Program-made: the position numbers and the translations under genes
DNA from: a virus
Taxonomy: Duplodnaviria > Caudoviricetes
Virus record (IMG/VR): IMGVR_UViG_3300031454_000010
Location: 1 to 47,719 of that record
DNA length: 47,719 nt
Reading direction: 5' to 3' (one strand)
Shown: in pieces, positions 9,675 through 18,584 of the stretch
Layout: each line of letters begins with the position of its first letter
Numbering within the stretch: the stretch's first letter is position 1
The notes under the pieces: generated by a model
What the model saw: the letters and a program-made list of their open reading frames with translations, nothing else
Told to the model about the DNA's origin: nothing
The model's database searches: none

Positions 9675-9812
9675 TCACCATGCCCGCCACACCACCGTCG
9701 CATCCGGACAGGTGTCGCACCACTCGGCGGTGGTGCGAATAGGCCCGTTACCCCAGGCCAAACCAACAACGATACCCAGCGCGACAACGAGGGCGAGAAT
9801 CTTGCGGGACAT
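9675..9812 (-). CDS. 45-aa putative secreted or membrane peptide with CxxC
   Basis: GGAGGT RBS; MSRKILALVVALGIVVGLAWGNGPIRTTAEWCDTCPDATVVWRAW*. Below the ORF-track size cutoff. Confidence 0.7.
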   Translation of the reverse strand: MSRKILALVVALGIVVGLAWGNGPIRTTAEWCDTCPDATVVWRAW

Positions 9813-9846
9813 CGGCCACCTCCTATCGGAATACCTACGGTCACAG

Positions 9847-11202
9847 TCAGCACGACGGCGCTGCTCGTCGGCCCTCTTTCGCTAGATCGCTTACCGCCCT
9901 GCCCGCGTCGGCATCGTTGAAGCGTTCCGTCTCCCGGTCCTTGCGCTCCAGGTACTCCCGCAGGGCGTCGGCGCTCGCGCCCGCCGCCTCGGACGCCTCG
10001 CGCGCCACCCGATTGGTCTCCGCGATCCGCTCCTGCACCTGGATCGCGGCGTGGTACGCGTCCTGCGCCCCGTCGCGCGCCTCGGTCGTGAGCGCGGTGT
10101 TGTGGACGAGTTCGGTCATCGTTTCGGCGTGGCGCGCGGCCTCGACGGTTGTGGACTGCGGCGTATCGTCGCGCTCGTTCTGTCGGCCCTGTTCCTTCTC
10201 GGAGCGGGCGTCGGCACGATCCTCGCGATCCTCGCGGCGGTCATCCCGCATAGTGAGGTATTCGCGCAACCCCTCCATCTCCACCTTGGCCGCATCGGAA
10301 GTGCGCGCCACCTCCTCATCGTTCAGCGCGGCGCTTTTCTGGTTGGCCGTGTTGGCCGCGTGCGCCTCGTTGCGCGCCTCCGTCGTGATCGCGGTGTTTG
10401 CGTGGATCGCCTCCATGTAGGCATCGTGGCGCAACTCGTCAACACCCTTGGCAAGCTTGTCGCTGCCCGGTATTTCCTCGGTGAAGATTGCCTGAAAGAC
10501 CTTCCCCGCAACGCCGGTCGTCTCGCTGAGCGTGATATGCAGCGGTGCCTCGGTCCCATCTTTCCGCAGGCCCGGTAAGTCGAGTACCTGATTCATGCTC
10601 GGGCCGGGCTTGTCGCTGGTGTAGGCGCGAGCGATGCCGCGTAGGTGGTCGTCCCGGAATCTCTCGGGCATCAGCGCGGTCATCGATGTCCCGATTACCT
10701 CATCGGCGCGGTACCCGAATATCCGCTCGGCGGCGGCGTTGAATTGCAGGATGACGCTGTGGCGGTCGATCGAGATGATGCCCGCCGCGCTCGACTCGCG
10801 GGCGCGGCGTAGCGCCAGCAAGTCCCTGATGTTCGCCTGGCGATCCCGGCGGTCGAGTATCTGCAAGGACCCGAGGATGGCGCTAACCCCGATCAACAGG
10901 CCGAACGAGATGACCGCGACCCAGGTCGGCGAGATGAGCGCGGCGGTCCGTACCGCGACAACACCGAAGAAGAGGAGGATCGCGGCGATCGCGCCGCGCC
11001 CGAATGCCGAACGCAGTTGGGCCACGGATTCGCGGAAGGCGAAACTGTCGCCGCCATTGCGCGTGAGGATGGCGCGGTCCTGGCGACCGACACGGAAGCT
11101 GTCGATGCAGAGGAGCAGGGTGACGGCGCTGAACAGGACCAGGCCGATCTCGGGGATCGTCACCGTCGCGTAGTACAGCAAGTATTCAATCCGCTCCAGC
11201 AC
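9847..11202 (-). CDS. Membrane protein with ~3 TM segments, FixL-like PAS domain and duplicated helical C-terminus
   Basis: IISIDRHSVILQFNAAAERIFGYRADEVIG...LMPERFRDDH...GLRKDGTEAPLHITLS. Confidence 0.85.
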   Translation of the reverse strand: MLERIEYLLYYATVTIPEIGLVLFSAVTLLLCIDSFRVGRQDRAILTRNGGDSFAFRESVAQLRSAFGRGAIAAILLFFGVVAVRTAALISPTWVAVISFGLLIGVSAILGSLQILDRRDRQANIRDLLALRRARESSAAGIISIDRHSVILQFNAAAERIFGYRADEVIGTSMTALMPERFRDDHLRGIARAYTSDKPGPSMNQVLDLPGLRKDGTEAPLHITLSETTGVAGKVFQAIFTEEIPGSDKLAKGVDELRHDAYMEAIHANTAITTEARNEAHAANTANQKSAALNDEEVARTSDAAKVEMEGLREYLTMRDDRREDREDRADARSEKEQGRQNERDDTPQSTTVEAARHAETMTELVHNTALTTEARDGAQDAYHAAIQVQERIAETNRVAREASEAAGASADALREYLERKDRETERFNDADAGRAVSDLAKEGRRAAPSC

Positions 11203-11455
11203 GATCGCCTTCCTTCCCGGCCCGCCTGCGCCCCTGTATCTCGGCTTCTATCCGTTCCTCCAACATTTGTCGATTCATGCCCAGCATCTCCAGTCGAGCA
11301 TAATCCTCGCGCGCCCTGGCCCGCTGTGCCTGTTGCGCCCCGATCGTCGCGTCGAGCGCCGCCGCGCGGCGTTCCAGGGACCGCAGCCCCTCGTCATCGG
11401 CGTCCGGCGCGTCGAACGGCAGCCAGCGGGACAGCAGCGTCATCAACCACCTCAT
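11186..11455 (-). CDS. Small coiled-coil protein
   Basis: MRWLMTLLSRWLP...; ATGA-coupled to the upstream gene. Confidence 0.65.
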   Translation of the reverse strand: MRWLMTLLSRWLPFDAPDADDEGLRSLERRAAALDATIGAQQAQRARAREDYARLEMLGMNRQMLEERIEAEIQGRRRAGKEGDRAGAD

Positions 11456-11667
11456 CCGGCCCCGCCCCTCGACGACTCCCGCTCTGCCACGGTCATCGCC
11501 TTGAACGCCATCTCCTCGTACCGCGTGAGTTTGGTCATCGCGACGGTGTACACATAACCCGGCACGAGGACACCTTTGAGCAGGAGCACGATGACCAGCA
11601 GCAGCGCCGCGACGATTCCCGCCGTGCCGCCCGTCAGGATCTGCGCGATCAGGTTCTCGGTACCCAA
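11452..11667 (-). CDS. Small single-TM holin-like protein
   Basis: GAGGGAGG RBS, TTG start; hydrophobic GIVAALLLVIVLLLKGVLVPG followed by a charged tail. Confidence 0.6.
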   Translation of the reverse strand: MGTENLIAQILTGGTAGIVAALLLVIVLLLKGVLVPGYVYTVAMTKLTRYEEMAFKAMTVAERESSRGGAG

Positions 11668-11693
11668 TGCCCGGCCCCTCCCTCGCGCGCAAC

Positions 11694-11777
11694 GAAAAAC
11701 GCGCCACCGAACCCTCATCGGGCCGTGGCGCGCTCGTCGGCGCGTACACTGCGACCTTGCTGCCTCAGATTGTAGCA
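11694..11777 (-). promoter_or_regulatory. Extended -10 followed by terminator-like leader hairpin, ahead of the lysis module
   Basis: TGCTACAAT (11777-11769); stem CGCGCCAC/GTGGCGCG (11732-11700) followed by TTTTT. Confidence 0.6.
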
Positions 11778-11968
11778 CGATCGCCGCCCGGCGTGCGGAT
11801 GTCCCCCTCGCCCGCCACCCACGCGCCGCGCACCGTCTCGCAGCGTGCGCCGCCCGCGCGCCGGTGGATGAGCCGGAAGGCGGGGAGCGCGCCCGGCACG
11901 TCGCGCAGCCGGTGCCAGGTCGCGCCGCGCACGGGTTCCCCGCACGTCGGGCAGCGCTCGTCGCTCAT
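11765..11968 (-). CDS. Small CxxC..H..C zinc-finger-like protein
   Basis: MSDERCPTCG..W.RLR...H.R.GG..C; similar to 24817-25065. Confidence 0.65.
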   Translation of the reverse strand: MSDERCPTCGEPVRGATWHRLRDVPGALPAFRLIHRRAGGARCETVRGAWVAGEGDIRTPGGDRATI

Positions 11969-12218
11969 GCCCGCCCCCCGCCCGCCTCGCCGCGCTCAGG
12001 TGCGCTCCTCGCCATCATCACGCCGTCGTGCCATCATTCGACCACCCAGTGTCGGACGAGCATCGCCGCGTGCTGCCCCGAGTTGCTGCCGACCGTCAGC
12101 CCCAGCCGATCCGCCGTGCGGTAGTCGGCGCGGGCGCTGGTAGGCAACGCCAGGAAATGGCGACCGTCCGTGCTGTACGAGATGACCCGATTCATGTCGT
12201 CATCCTCGTCGCCCCGCC

Positions 12219-12601
12219 TCAACCCACGACCCACTGAACCACGCCATCCACCGACTTCGGCGTGCAGGTTCCCGCACCGGGATTGGGTAGGCGGTCGACG
12301 GTCGTGGCGACCGCGTACAGGTAGAACGCGAAGCGCGACATGTACGAAGCCGCGACCGTGCTCCTGAGCCGCCAGTAGCGGGCGATCACGGGGGTCGCCA
12401 GGTCCACCGCGCGCCCCACTGCGACTCATTGGGGTGGACCGGGCCGAACGTCACCCGAGCGAGGATGTCCCAGCCCGAGGCGGTGGGGAAGGTGTCGCCG
12501 GGTCGCCACAAGATGAGGCCGAAAACCAGGGTCATCAGGCCCGTCCCGAGCATCGTGAGGTTGGGTTGGTTGCCGAAGGTCCGTCGTAGTGCGGCGCCCA
12601 T
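12219..12601 (-). pseudogene. Probable degraded membrane-protein gene
   Basis: GGGAGG RBS; hydrophobic N-terminus; coding-like sequence continues in a second frame near 12415. Confidence 0.4.
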
Positions 12602-12613
12602 GCCCGCCTCCCG

Positions 12614-14287
12614 TTAGCCGATCCCGTACAACGTGGCGACGCTCCCGATGTCGAAGTTGCCGCTGTCGAGCGTCAGTTGGAGGCTGACGATCGCCGCCGT
12701 GCCCCGCCACTGGCCGAAAATACTGAACACCTGATTGCCGTTGGCGCTGTAGTGGTTGCCGCTGCGCGCGAGAATCTGCTTGGCGAACGCGGTGCGCGCA
12801 TACCCGGGGATGACGATCTCGGTCACGGTGGCAACCGCAGCGGGCGAGGTAGCTCCGTTCGCCCCACCCGCTCGGATGTAGGTGGCCGCATTGGCTTGAT
12901 CGTTGACGGCAGTGTTCCCGTTGTACGCGATCGTGCGCTGCTCGTCGTAGTTGGCGGTGGCGTCCCCGTTGCATTGGAGACGCATACCATACGACTCCTG
13001 CGCCGCGTCGCCGCGCGCCGTGACCACCAGGCGTAGTTCGTCGTAGGTGCTAGGGATGTTCGCGAACTCGATCATTGCCTGCGGCGCGGTGAGGGCCATC
13101 TGGCCAATCCGCGTCGGCGCTCCCCCGCCCCCGCCTCCGCCACCAGCCGCAGGAGCCGCAGGCGTCGCCCACCCTGGTACCAATGTCGCGGGGTTCACGG
13201 TCAGGACGGTATTCGCCGCACCCACGCCCAAACGGTTGAGCGCCGTGACGGCCCCACGGCGCACCTCGAAGCTGTAGATGCCGAAACCGTCGGTCGGGTT
13301 CGTGACGACGATCGCGATGCGCGAGGTCGTGATCTCGGGGAAGGTATACGTAGCGTCCTGCGCAACGCAGGTGAATGCGGCACCTGGCACGTCGATCCAG
13401 GTGGCATTGTCCGCGCTGCTCTGCAACTTGAAGGCGTTGACGGCGTACTGCGCGCCAGGGACATTGAAGCCCCGCAAGCGAATCTTCGAGACGGCGCGCG
13501 GCGTCAGGAGGTCGATACGGGTGTAATGTTCCCCGTTAGCAATCCCGACCGTTGACCAGTAACTACCCTCGTTGCCGTCGATGATGTTCCCGCCGCTGTT
13601 CCCGCCGCTGCTCCCGCTGTCTACGTACGGGTGATTCAGCGCGTAGTCGGCGGAATCGGGCAAGCCAGCCTTGTAGATCAGATCGCCAATGGTCGTGGTG
13701 GGGTCGGTGCTGCCGCCGCCACCGCCGCCCGCCGCTGGTGTGGCCCAGCCGAGCAAGTGGGTCACTGGATCGACGGTGAGGACCTGCCCATCCGTGCCCT
13801 TGCCAAGGCGCGTGGGTGCGCCCCGCGCGCCGCCCACGATCAGATCGCCCGCCGTCGTCATCGGATTGAGCGCCAGGTCGGTTTTCAGTTGCCCCATGGT
13901 GCGGCTGGCCCAGGCGGTCCCCTTGAATTGCAGCACGTCGTCAACGGCGGGTGTCAGGGCCGCGATGTTCGTCAAGTCGCCGTCGAGGGGTTGCGCGCCG
14001 ATGTCCGCCGCCGCGATGGCATCACCGCCGCCCGTGGCGTGAGAGGCGCCATGGGCGATCGGCAGACGAGCATCCGCGAGGCGCGCGTCGTTGCCCGCCG
14101 CCGCCGTGGTGGCCGTGGTGCCGAGTCGCAGCAGGGTCGCATAGTCGTCCCACCCCGTCCCATTGTCGCGGCTGACCAGCCCCTGGTCGGTCGCGAGGTA
14201 CAGTCGGCCTTTCGTGTCCGCCGCGTTGTTCGTCGGGCGGGCGCTCAGGAGCCCGGAGAGGATCGCCGCGTCACCGAGGATTGCCAT
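12614..14287 (-). CDS. Tail fibre/receptor-binding protein with F5/8-type C (discoidin-like) domain
   Basis: TTAGDLI..TRLG.G..GQVLTV repeats; NIIDGN..SYW...IDL...F.LQ.S.D...W; position at the end of the tail genes. Confidence 0.8.
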   Translation of the reverse strand: MAILGDAAILSGLLSARPTNNAADTKGRLYLATDQGLVSRDNGTGWDDYATLLRLGTTATTAAAGNDARLADARLPIAHGASHATGGGDAIAAADIGAQPLDGDLTNIAALTPAVDDVLQFKGTAWASRTMGQLKTDLALNPMTTAGDLIVGGARGAPTRLGKGTDGQVLTVDPVTHLLGWATPAAGGGGGGSTDPTTTIGDLIYKAGLPDSADYALNHPYVDSGSSGGNSGGNIIDGNEGSYWSTVGIANGEHYTRIDLLTPRAVSKIRLRGFNVPGAQYAVNAFKLQSSADNATWIDVPGAAFTCVAQDATYTFPEITTSRIAIVVTNPTDGFGIYSFEVRRGAVTALNRLGVGAANTVLTVNPATLVPGWATPAAPAAGGGGGGGGAPTRIGQMALTAPQAMIEFANIPSTYDELRLVVTARGDAAQESYGMRLQCNGDATANYDEQRTIAYNGNTAVNDQANAATYIRAGGANGATSPAAVATVTEIVIPGYARTAFAKQILARSGNHYSANGNQVFSIFGQWRGTAAIVSLQLTLDSGNFDIGSVATLYGIG

Positions 14288-14289
14288 GG

Positions 14290-14769
14290 TCAGCCTCCGA
14301 TCGTCAGGTCCGCGCCGCCGACCGTCAGCCGCTCCGGCCCGGTCGTCAGCACGTTGCCCGGTAGCCCGATGTTCGCCGCGCGGGTGTTGCGCCACTTCCC
14401 GGCGCGGTAGGTCAGCGCGTCCCCCTCCCGGAGGTCGGACAGCGCCACGTCCGCGAGGGTCGCCAGCGTCGTCCCCGCCGTCTGCGGCACCCAGGAGCGC
14501 ACCCCGGCGACCGTGGAGGCGAGCACCCGCCCGTCCGTCGCGGGCACGCCGAGCGGCGGTTCGGCCCCCCGCGCCGTGCCGGTGCCGCCGCTCGGCTGCG
14601 GGAGCACGCCGTCGTGCGCGCTCGTCTCGCCGAGGCGCAGCGTCCCGGACGGCGTCAGCCCGCGCCGGGTCAGGGTGCGCGCGACCTCCGTGGCGATCTG
14701 GCGCAGCGTGACCGCCAGTTGCCGGTTCAGCGCGGCGGCGAGCGCGCCGGGGATGCCTGCGTCGCTCAT
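14290..14769 (-). CDS. Minor tail protein
   Basis: MSDAGIPG...LATLADVALSDLREGDALTY..GKW.N fibre-type motif; ATGA-coupled. Confidence 0.7.
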   Translation of the reverse strand: MSDAGIPGALAAALNRQLAVTLRQIATEVARTLTRRGLTPSGTLRLGETSAHDGVLPQPSGGTGTARGAEPPLGVPATDGRVLASTVAGVRSWVPQTAGTTLATLADVALSDLREGDALTYRAGKWRNTRAANIGLPGNVLTTGPERLTVGGADLTIGG

Positions 14770-17700
14770 GGTGCCACCCCCCGGACCATCCCCTCGGTGT
14801 AGGGTCGATAGTTGCCGGCCGGGAAGGCCGCCGCGAGGGCGGCGTCGGCGCTCTCCCAGGGCGTCCCCGGCTCGGCGAGCGCCGGGCGTCGCGCGAGGAC
14901 GATCCCCAGGTCGTGCGCGACGTACCAGTCGTTGGCGGCGTCGCCCGGCACGAAGGCATGGATCGCGAAGGAATTGGCGTGGTCGCCCGTGGTGATCGCG
15001 CTGCGCGCCGCGTCGTACACCGCCGTCCAGGTCGCCCCCTCGTCGGTCGACCGGGACACCCCGCCGCCGCCGTAGTGGAAATCGTTCGCCGCGTCGCGCG
15101 CGAACCATGGCGACGCCGCCACCCCCGCGATCGCCGTCGCCTCGCTCACCGCCCCGCCTGCCGGTGTCAGCAGTCGCCGCAATCCTGCGGCGAAAGGGCT
15201 GGAATCCTGGAACAGATAGGCCCCGCCGAGCCGCGTGGCCACGTGGTGCCCGCCCGTGGCGAGGTTGGCGTAATCGGCGGGGACGATCCCCGTGGCGGCG
15301 AAGGTCGCCCCGCCGTCGATCGAACGGATCAAGGCGGGCCAATTGACCGAGCCGCCCGCTACCCGCCCGTGGAGGTAGAGGCGGTTCGCGTCGGTCGGAT
15401 CGACCACGAGCGAGGCGATCGGCCCCTCGATGAACTCGCCCGTGGTCCACGAGAACAGCTCGGCCCAGGTCGCGCCATTGTCGAGCGACTTGGCCAGCTT
15501 GACCTGATCGGCGCGGGGATTGTCGCCCGTGCGCCACCCGGCGTAGACGACGCCGCCCGGCCCCGGCGCGATGTGGTTGACCCGCCCGATCGTCAGCGGG
15601 GTCCAGGTCGTCCCGCCGTCCGTCGAGCGGAAGGCATTGGTCGTCCCGCCGTGCTGATAGGTCGAGGTGTCGTTGCCGGTGCCGGTGCGCGCGTAGGTGA
15701 AGAGCGTCGCCCCCGACGCGCGCAGCACATACTCCCCCGCGAGTCCCGCGCACGGATGGGGCGAGGCGAGGGACACCCAGCCCGCCGCCGTCAGCGCGAC
15801 GATCTGCGCCGGGGCGGCCCCGTTGGGCTGCACCGACATGATCAGGCTGCCGCGCGCGACCGTCGGTGCGACCTGCGCCCGCAGCGCGCCATACGCCACC
15901 ATCGTCGCGCCCGGCGCATCCTTGACGTTGAGGAAGGTCGCCCCCTCGTCCGCCGACTTCCAGACGCCCTTCGCGGTCGCCAGCCAGACGATCGGGAAAC
16001 GCCCGTCGCGGATGGCGTGCCGGATCGTCCCCACGATCGCCCGGTCGTAGCCCGTACTCGGCACGAGATCGCCCGACGCCCCGGCGACGGCGGTGAACAC
16101 CCGCCCGCCGTCGCCGTCGTCCGCGAGAAACAGGCGCGCGGCATCGAGCGAGATCGTCAGCGCGGTCCCGCTGAACGGCGTCGCTTGCCCGCTCGGGAGC
16201 GGGTGGGCCAGCGCGCCACCACGCTCGCGCACGCGCGCCGCCTCGCCCGCCGCGCCGACCGGGCCACCGTAGGCGATCCAGCCGACCGGCGTGCCGACGC
16301 CCGCATCCGTCCCCGCCGCGACGCCGCTGGCGAGGCGGGCCACGATCAGCGCCGGGTTCGGATGCGTGAAAAACGCCTCCCAGGAGGCCCCCGCGCCGTA
16401 GGAGTGCCAGAGGACGTTCCCGCCGCCCGCGTAGAGGTCGCCGGGGCTGTACGGCGACTCCTCGATCGCGTCGCAGCGCCCGCTGTTGGGGAGCGCGGCC
16501 ACGGCGGCCCAGCTCACGCCCCGGTCCACCGAGCGCCAGACCCGCCCGTCCGAGGCCGCCGCCCAGGCGACGCCGGTCTCCGCGCCGGTGCGGTCGCGGC
16601 TGATCGTCAGCGCGGTCACGCCGGTCGGCCCGCTCGGCGCGGTCGCGGTGCCGTCGCGCAGCACGCGCGCGAGGACGCCCGCCGCGCTCGCCGCGAGGGT
16701 GTAGTCGTCGCCCGCCTGCTCGGGGATGACGATCGCGGCGGTCGCGTAATCCCGCCACGTTTTCTGGTCGGCGCTGAAATGGAGCGTCCCGTCGCAATAC
16801 CAGAGGTCGCGCGTGTAGGCCTTGCCCGCCGCCTTGGTGATGGCGCGCGTGGCGCTCCCCGTCCTGCCGTGATCGTCCGTCACCGTCAGCGTGACGGTGG
16901 GGGGCGTCGCGGGGAACGGATTGTAGACCGCGCTCGCCGCGCTGCCGGTGCCGAGCGGGGTGGGCGCGACCGGGGTGCCGGACCAGGCGTAGGCGACGAT
17001 CGCGCCGTCCGGGTCGTGCGAGCCGGAGCCGTCCAGCGCGGCGATCACGACCTCGTCGCCGTTCGCCAGCCCCTCGATCTCCAGCGCGTAGTCGATCGCC
17101 GCGAGCGGGGCCTGGTTCGGGTCGGTCCCCTCCGAGGCCGCGCCGCCCTGCAAGGTCAGCGTCGTCTGGTAGCCCTGCGCGCCGTAGGTATGCTGCGCCT
17201 CCACGACGCGGTACAGGTTGGCGGCGGTCAGGCCCAGCGCGTCCGACACCACCGCGACCGTCATCCCCGGATAGAGGCCGCTGTCCCCCCTGGCGAGCGG
17301 CAGGGTGACGGTCTCGACGCGGCGGTTGACCTCGCCGAGCGTGCGCGTGGCGATCGCGCTGGCGAGGTCGTAGGTCTCGATCAGATCCGACTGGATCGCC
17401 GTCTCGCGGTAGCCGGGCGGCGTGGGGACGTAGGGGCTCGGCGCGTCCACGGTGACGCCGATGGCGTAGGGCGTGCCGTCCGCGAGGATGCCCGACTGGC
17501 CGGTGACCGTGACGCGGTTGGAGACGCCATCGCTGCTGCGCTGTCGCGTCGCGTCGGAGCCCTTGAAATCAGCCCCTTGGGTGAAGGTGCGCGCGGGGGA
17601 ACCGCTCGGCAGTCCGCTCGCCGGGAGGCGCGTCACGCGCCCGTCCGGGCCGTCGAACGTGCGGTAGCCGGTCAGTTTGTCGAGTTCCTGGATCAGCGTC

Positions 17701-18233
17701 CAGCCCGGCTCGTCGGAGCGGAGCCGCACCGCGTAGCGGCTGCCGGGCGACGGGGCGAGCGTGGCGAACCGGGTGCCGCTATCGGCAATCGTGACGTCGG
17801 TAATCCCGTAGAGCGCCAGGATGTCGGCGACGATCGCGCCGTCGGTGGTATCGACCCAGCCTTTGGCGAAACGCTCGTTGGTGGGCGGCAGGGTGGGATC
17901 GGGGTTGGCGAGGCTCGCGTCCTCGATGCCGGTCGGCTCCTGCGTCCGCCCGAGCGGCCCCACGGCGGTGAACGACACCGTCTGCGGGCCATACTTGACG
18001 GTGTCCTGATTGAGCGTGCCCGCGCCGACGCTCCGCACGCTCGCCGCCGCGAGGTAGCCGAGGTCCAGCCGCACCGCCTCGTCGCCCCGGAAAGCCGAGC
18101 CGGACGGCACGACCCGCGCGCTCACGGTGGCGAAGGGCGAGCGGATGCCCGAGGTCGCTTGCGCCTCGAAGACGGTGTGCGACTGCCCCCCGACCGTCAG
18201 TTGCGCGCGCGGGAAGACCAGTGTGTGTGCCAT
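14766..18233 (-). CDS. Tail hub/tip protein with PKD domain and BNR/Asp-box beta-propeller
   Basis: NRVTVTG hub region; LDGSGSHDPDGAIVAYAWS...VTLTVTD (PKD); six S.D.G.[TS][WF] Asp-boxes. Confidence 0.85.
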   Translation of the reverse strand: MAHTLVFPRAQLTVGGQSHTVFEAQATSGIRSPFATVSARVVPSGSAFRGDEAVRLDLGYLAAASVRSVGAGTLNQDTVKYGPQTVSFTAVGPLGRTQEPTGIEDASLANPDPTLPPTNERFAKGWVDTTDGAIVADILALYGITDVTIADSGTRFATLAPSPGSRYAVRLRSDEPGWTLIQELDKLTGYRTFDGPDGRVTRLPASGLPSGSPARTFTQGADFKGSDATRQRSSDGVSNRVTVTGQSGILADGTPYAIGVTVDAPSPYVPTPPGYRETAIQSDLIETYDLASAIATRTLGEVNRRVETVTLPLARGDSGLYPGMTVAVVSDALGLTAANLYRVVEAQHTYGAQGYQTTLTLQGGAASEGTDPNQAPLAAIDYALEIEGLANGDEVVIAALDGSGSHDPDGAIVAYAWSGTPVAPTPLGTGSAASAVYNPFPATPPTVTLTVTDDHGRTGSATRAITKAAGKAYTRDLWYCDGTLHFSADQKTWRDYATAAIVIPEQAGDDYTLAASAAGVLARVLRDGTATAPSGPTGVTALTISRDRTGAETGVAWAAASDGRVWRSVDRGVSWAAVAALPNSGRCDAIEESPYSPGDLYAGGGNVLWHSYGAGASWEAFFTHPNPALIVARLASGVAAGTDAGVGTPVGWIAYGGPVGAAGEAARVRERGGALAHPLPSGQATPFSGTALTISLDAARLFLADDGDGGRVFTAVAGASGDLVPSTGYDRAIVGTIRHAIRDGRFPIVWLATAKGVWKSADEGATFLNVKDAPGATMVAYGALRAQVAPTVARGSLIMSVQPNGAAPAQIVALTAAGWVSLASPHPCAGLAGEYVLRASGATLFTYARTGTGNDTSTYQHGGTTNAFRSTDGGTTWTPLTIGRVNHIAPGPGGVVYAGWRTGDNPRADQVKLAKSLDNGATWAELFSWTTGEFIEGPIASLVVDPTDANRLYLHGRVAGGSVNWPALIRSIDGGATFAATGIVPADYANLATGGHHVATRLGGAYLFQDSSPFAAGLRRLLTPAGGAVSEATAIAGVAASPWFARDAANDFHYGGGGVSRSTDEGATWTAVYDAARSAITTGDHANSFAIHAFVPGDAANDWYVAHDLGIVLARRPALAEPGTPWESADAALAAAFPAGNYRPYTEGMVRGVAP

Positions 18234-18234
18234 C

Positions 18235-18582
18235 TCACCCTACCAGGAATTTCAGGGTGCCCTTGTAGAACCCTTCAACGAAGTAGCGGAAATCCTGCCC
18301 CAGCGAGAGCTTCGCCTGCCGTGTCGGATTGGCGATCAGGGCGAGCGTGGCCCGTTGCCCGTTCAGCGCGACGAAGGCCGTCCATCCCGCCGCCGGGATC
18401 ACGACCTGCAGGCTGATCTCGGCGGTGCCGCGACGCCCGAGATCCTGCGTGACATCGAGGTCCGCTCCGGGGACATGCTCCGTGACCGTCACCGACTCGC
18501 CCGGCAGGATGAGCACCGGCACGGAAGTCGCCTCCTGTTGCACGGTACGGAAAAGCTGTCCCCCGAAGGTATGATTCGCCAC
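18235..18582 (-). CDS. Distal tail-like protein
   Basis: GGAGGGG RBS, GTG start; follows the tape measure; HVPG...Q.LGR motif. Confidence 0.65.
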   Translation of the reverse strand: MANHTFGGQLFRTVQQEATSVPVLILPGESVTVTEHVPGADLDVTQDLGRRGTAEISLQVVIPAAGWTAFVALNGQRATLALIANPTRQAKLSLGQDFRYFVEGFYKGTLKFLVG

Positions 18583-18584
18583 GG

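Noticed and set aside
11700-11760. Hammerhead-like CCGATGAG in the leader
   Set aside because: Lacks the CUGAUGA core and a properly placed GAAA.
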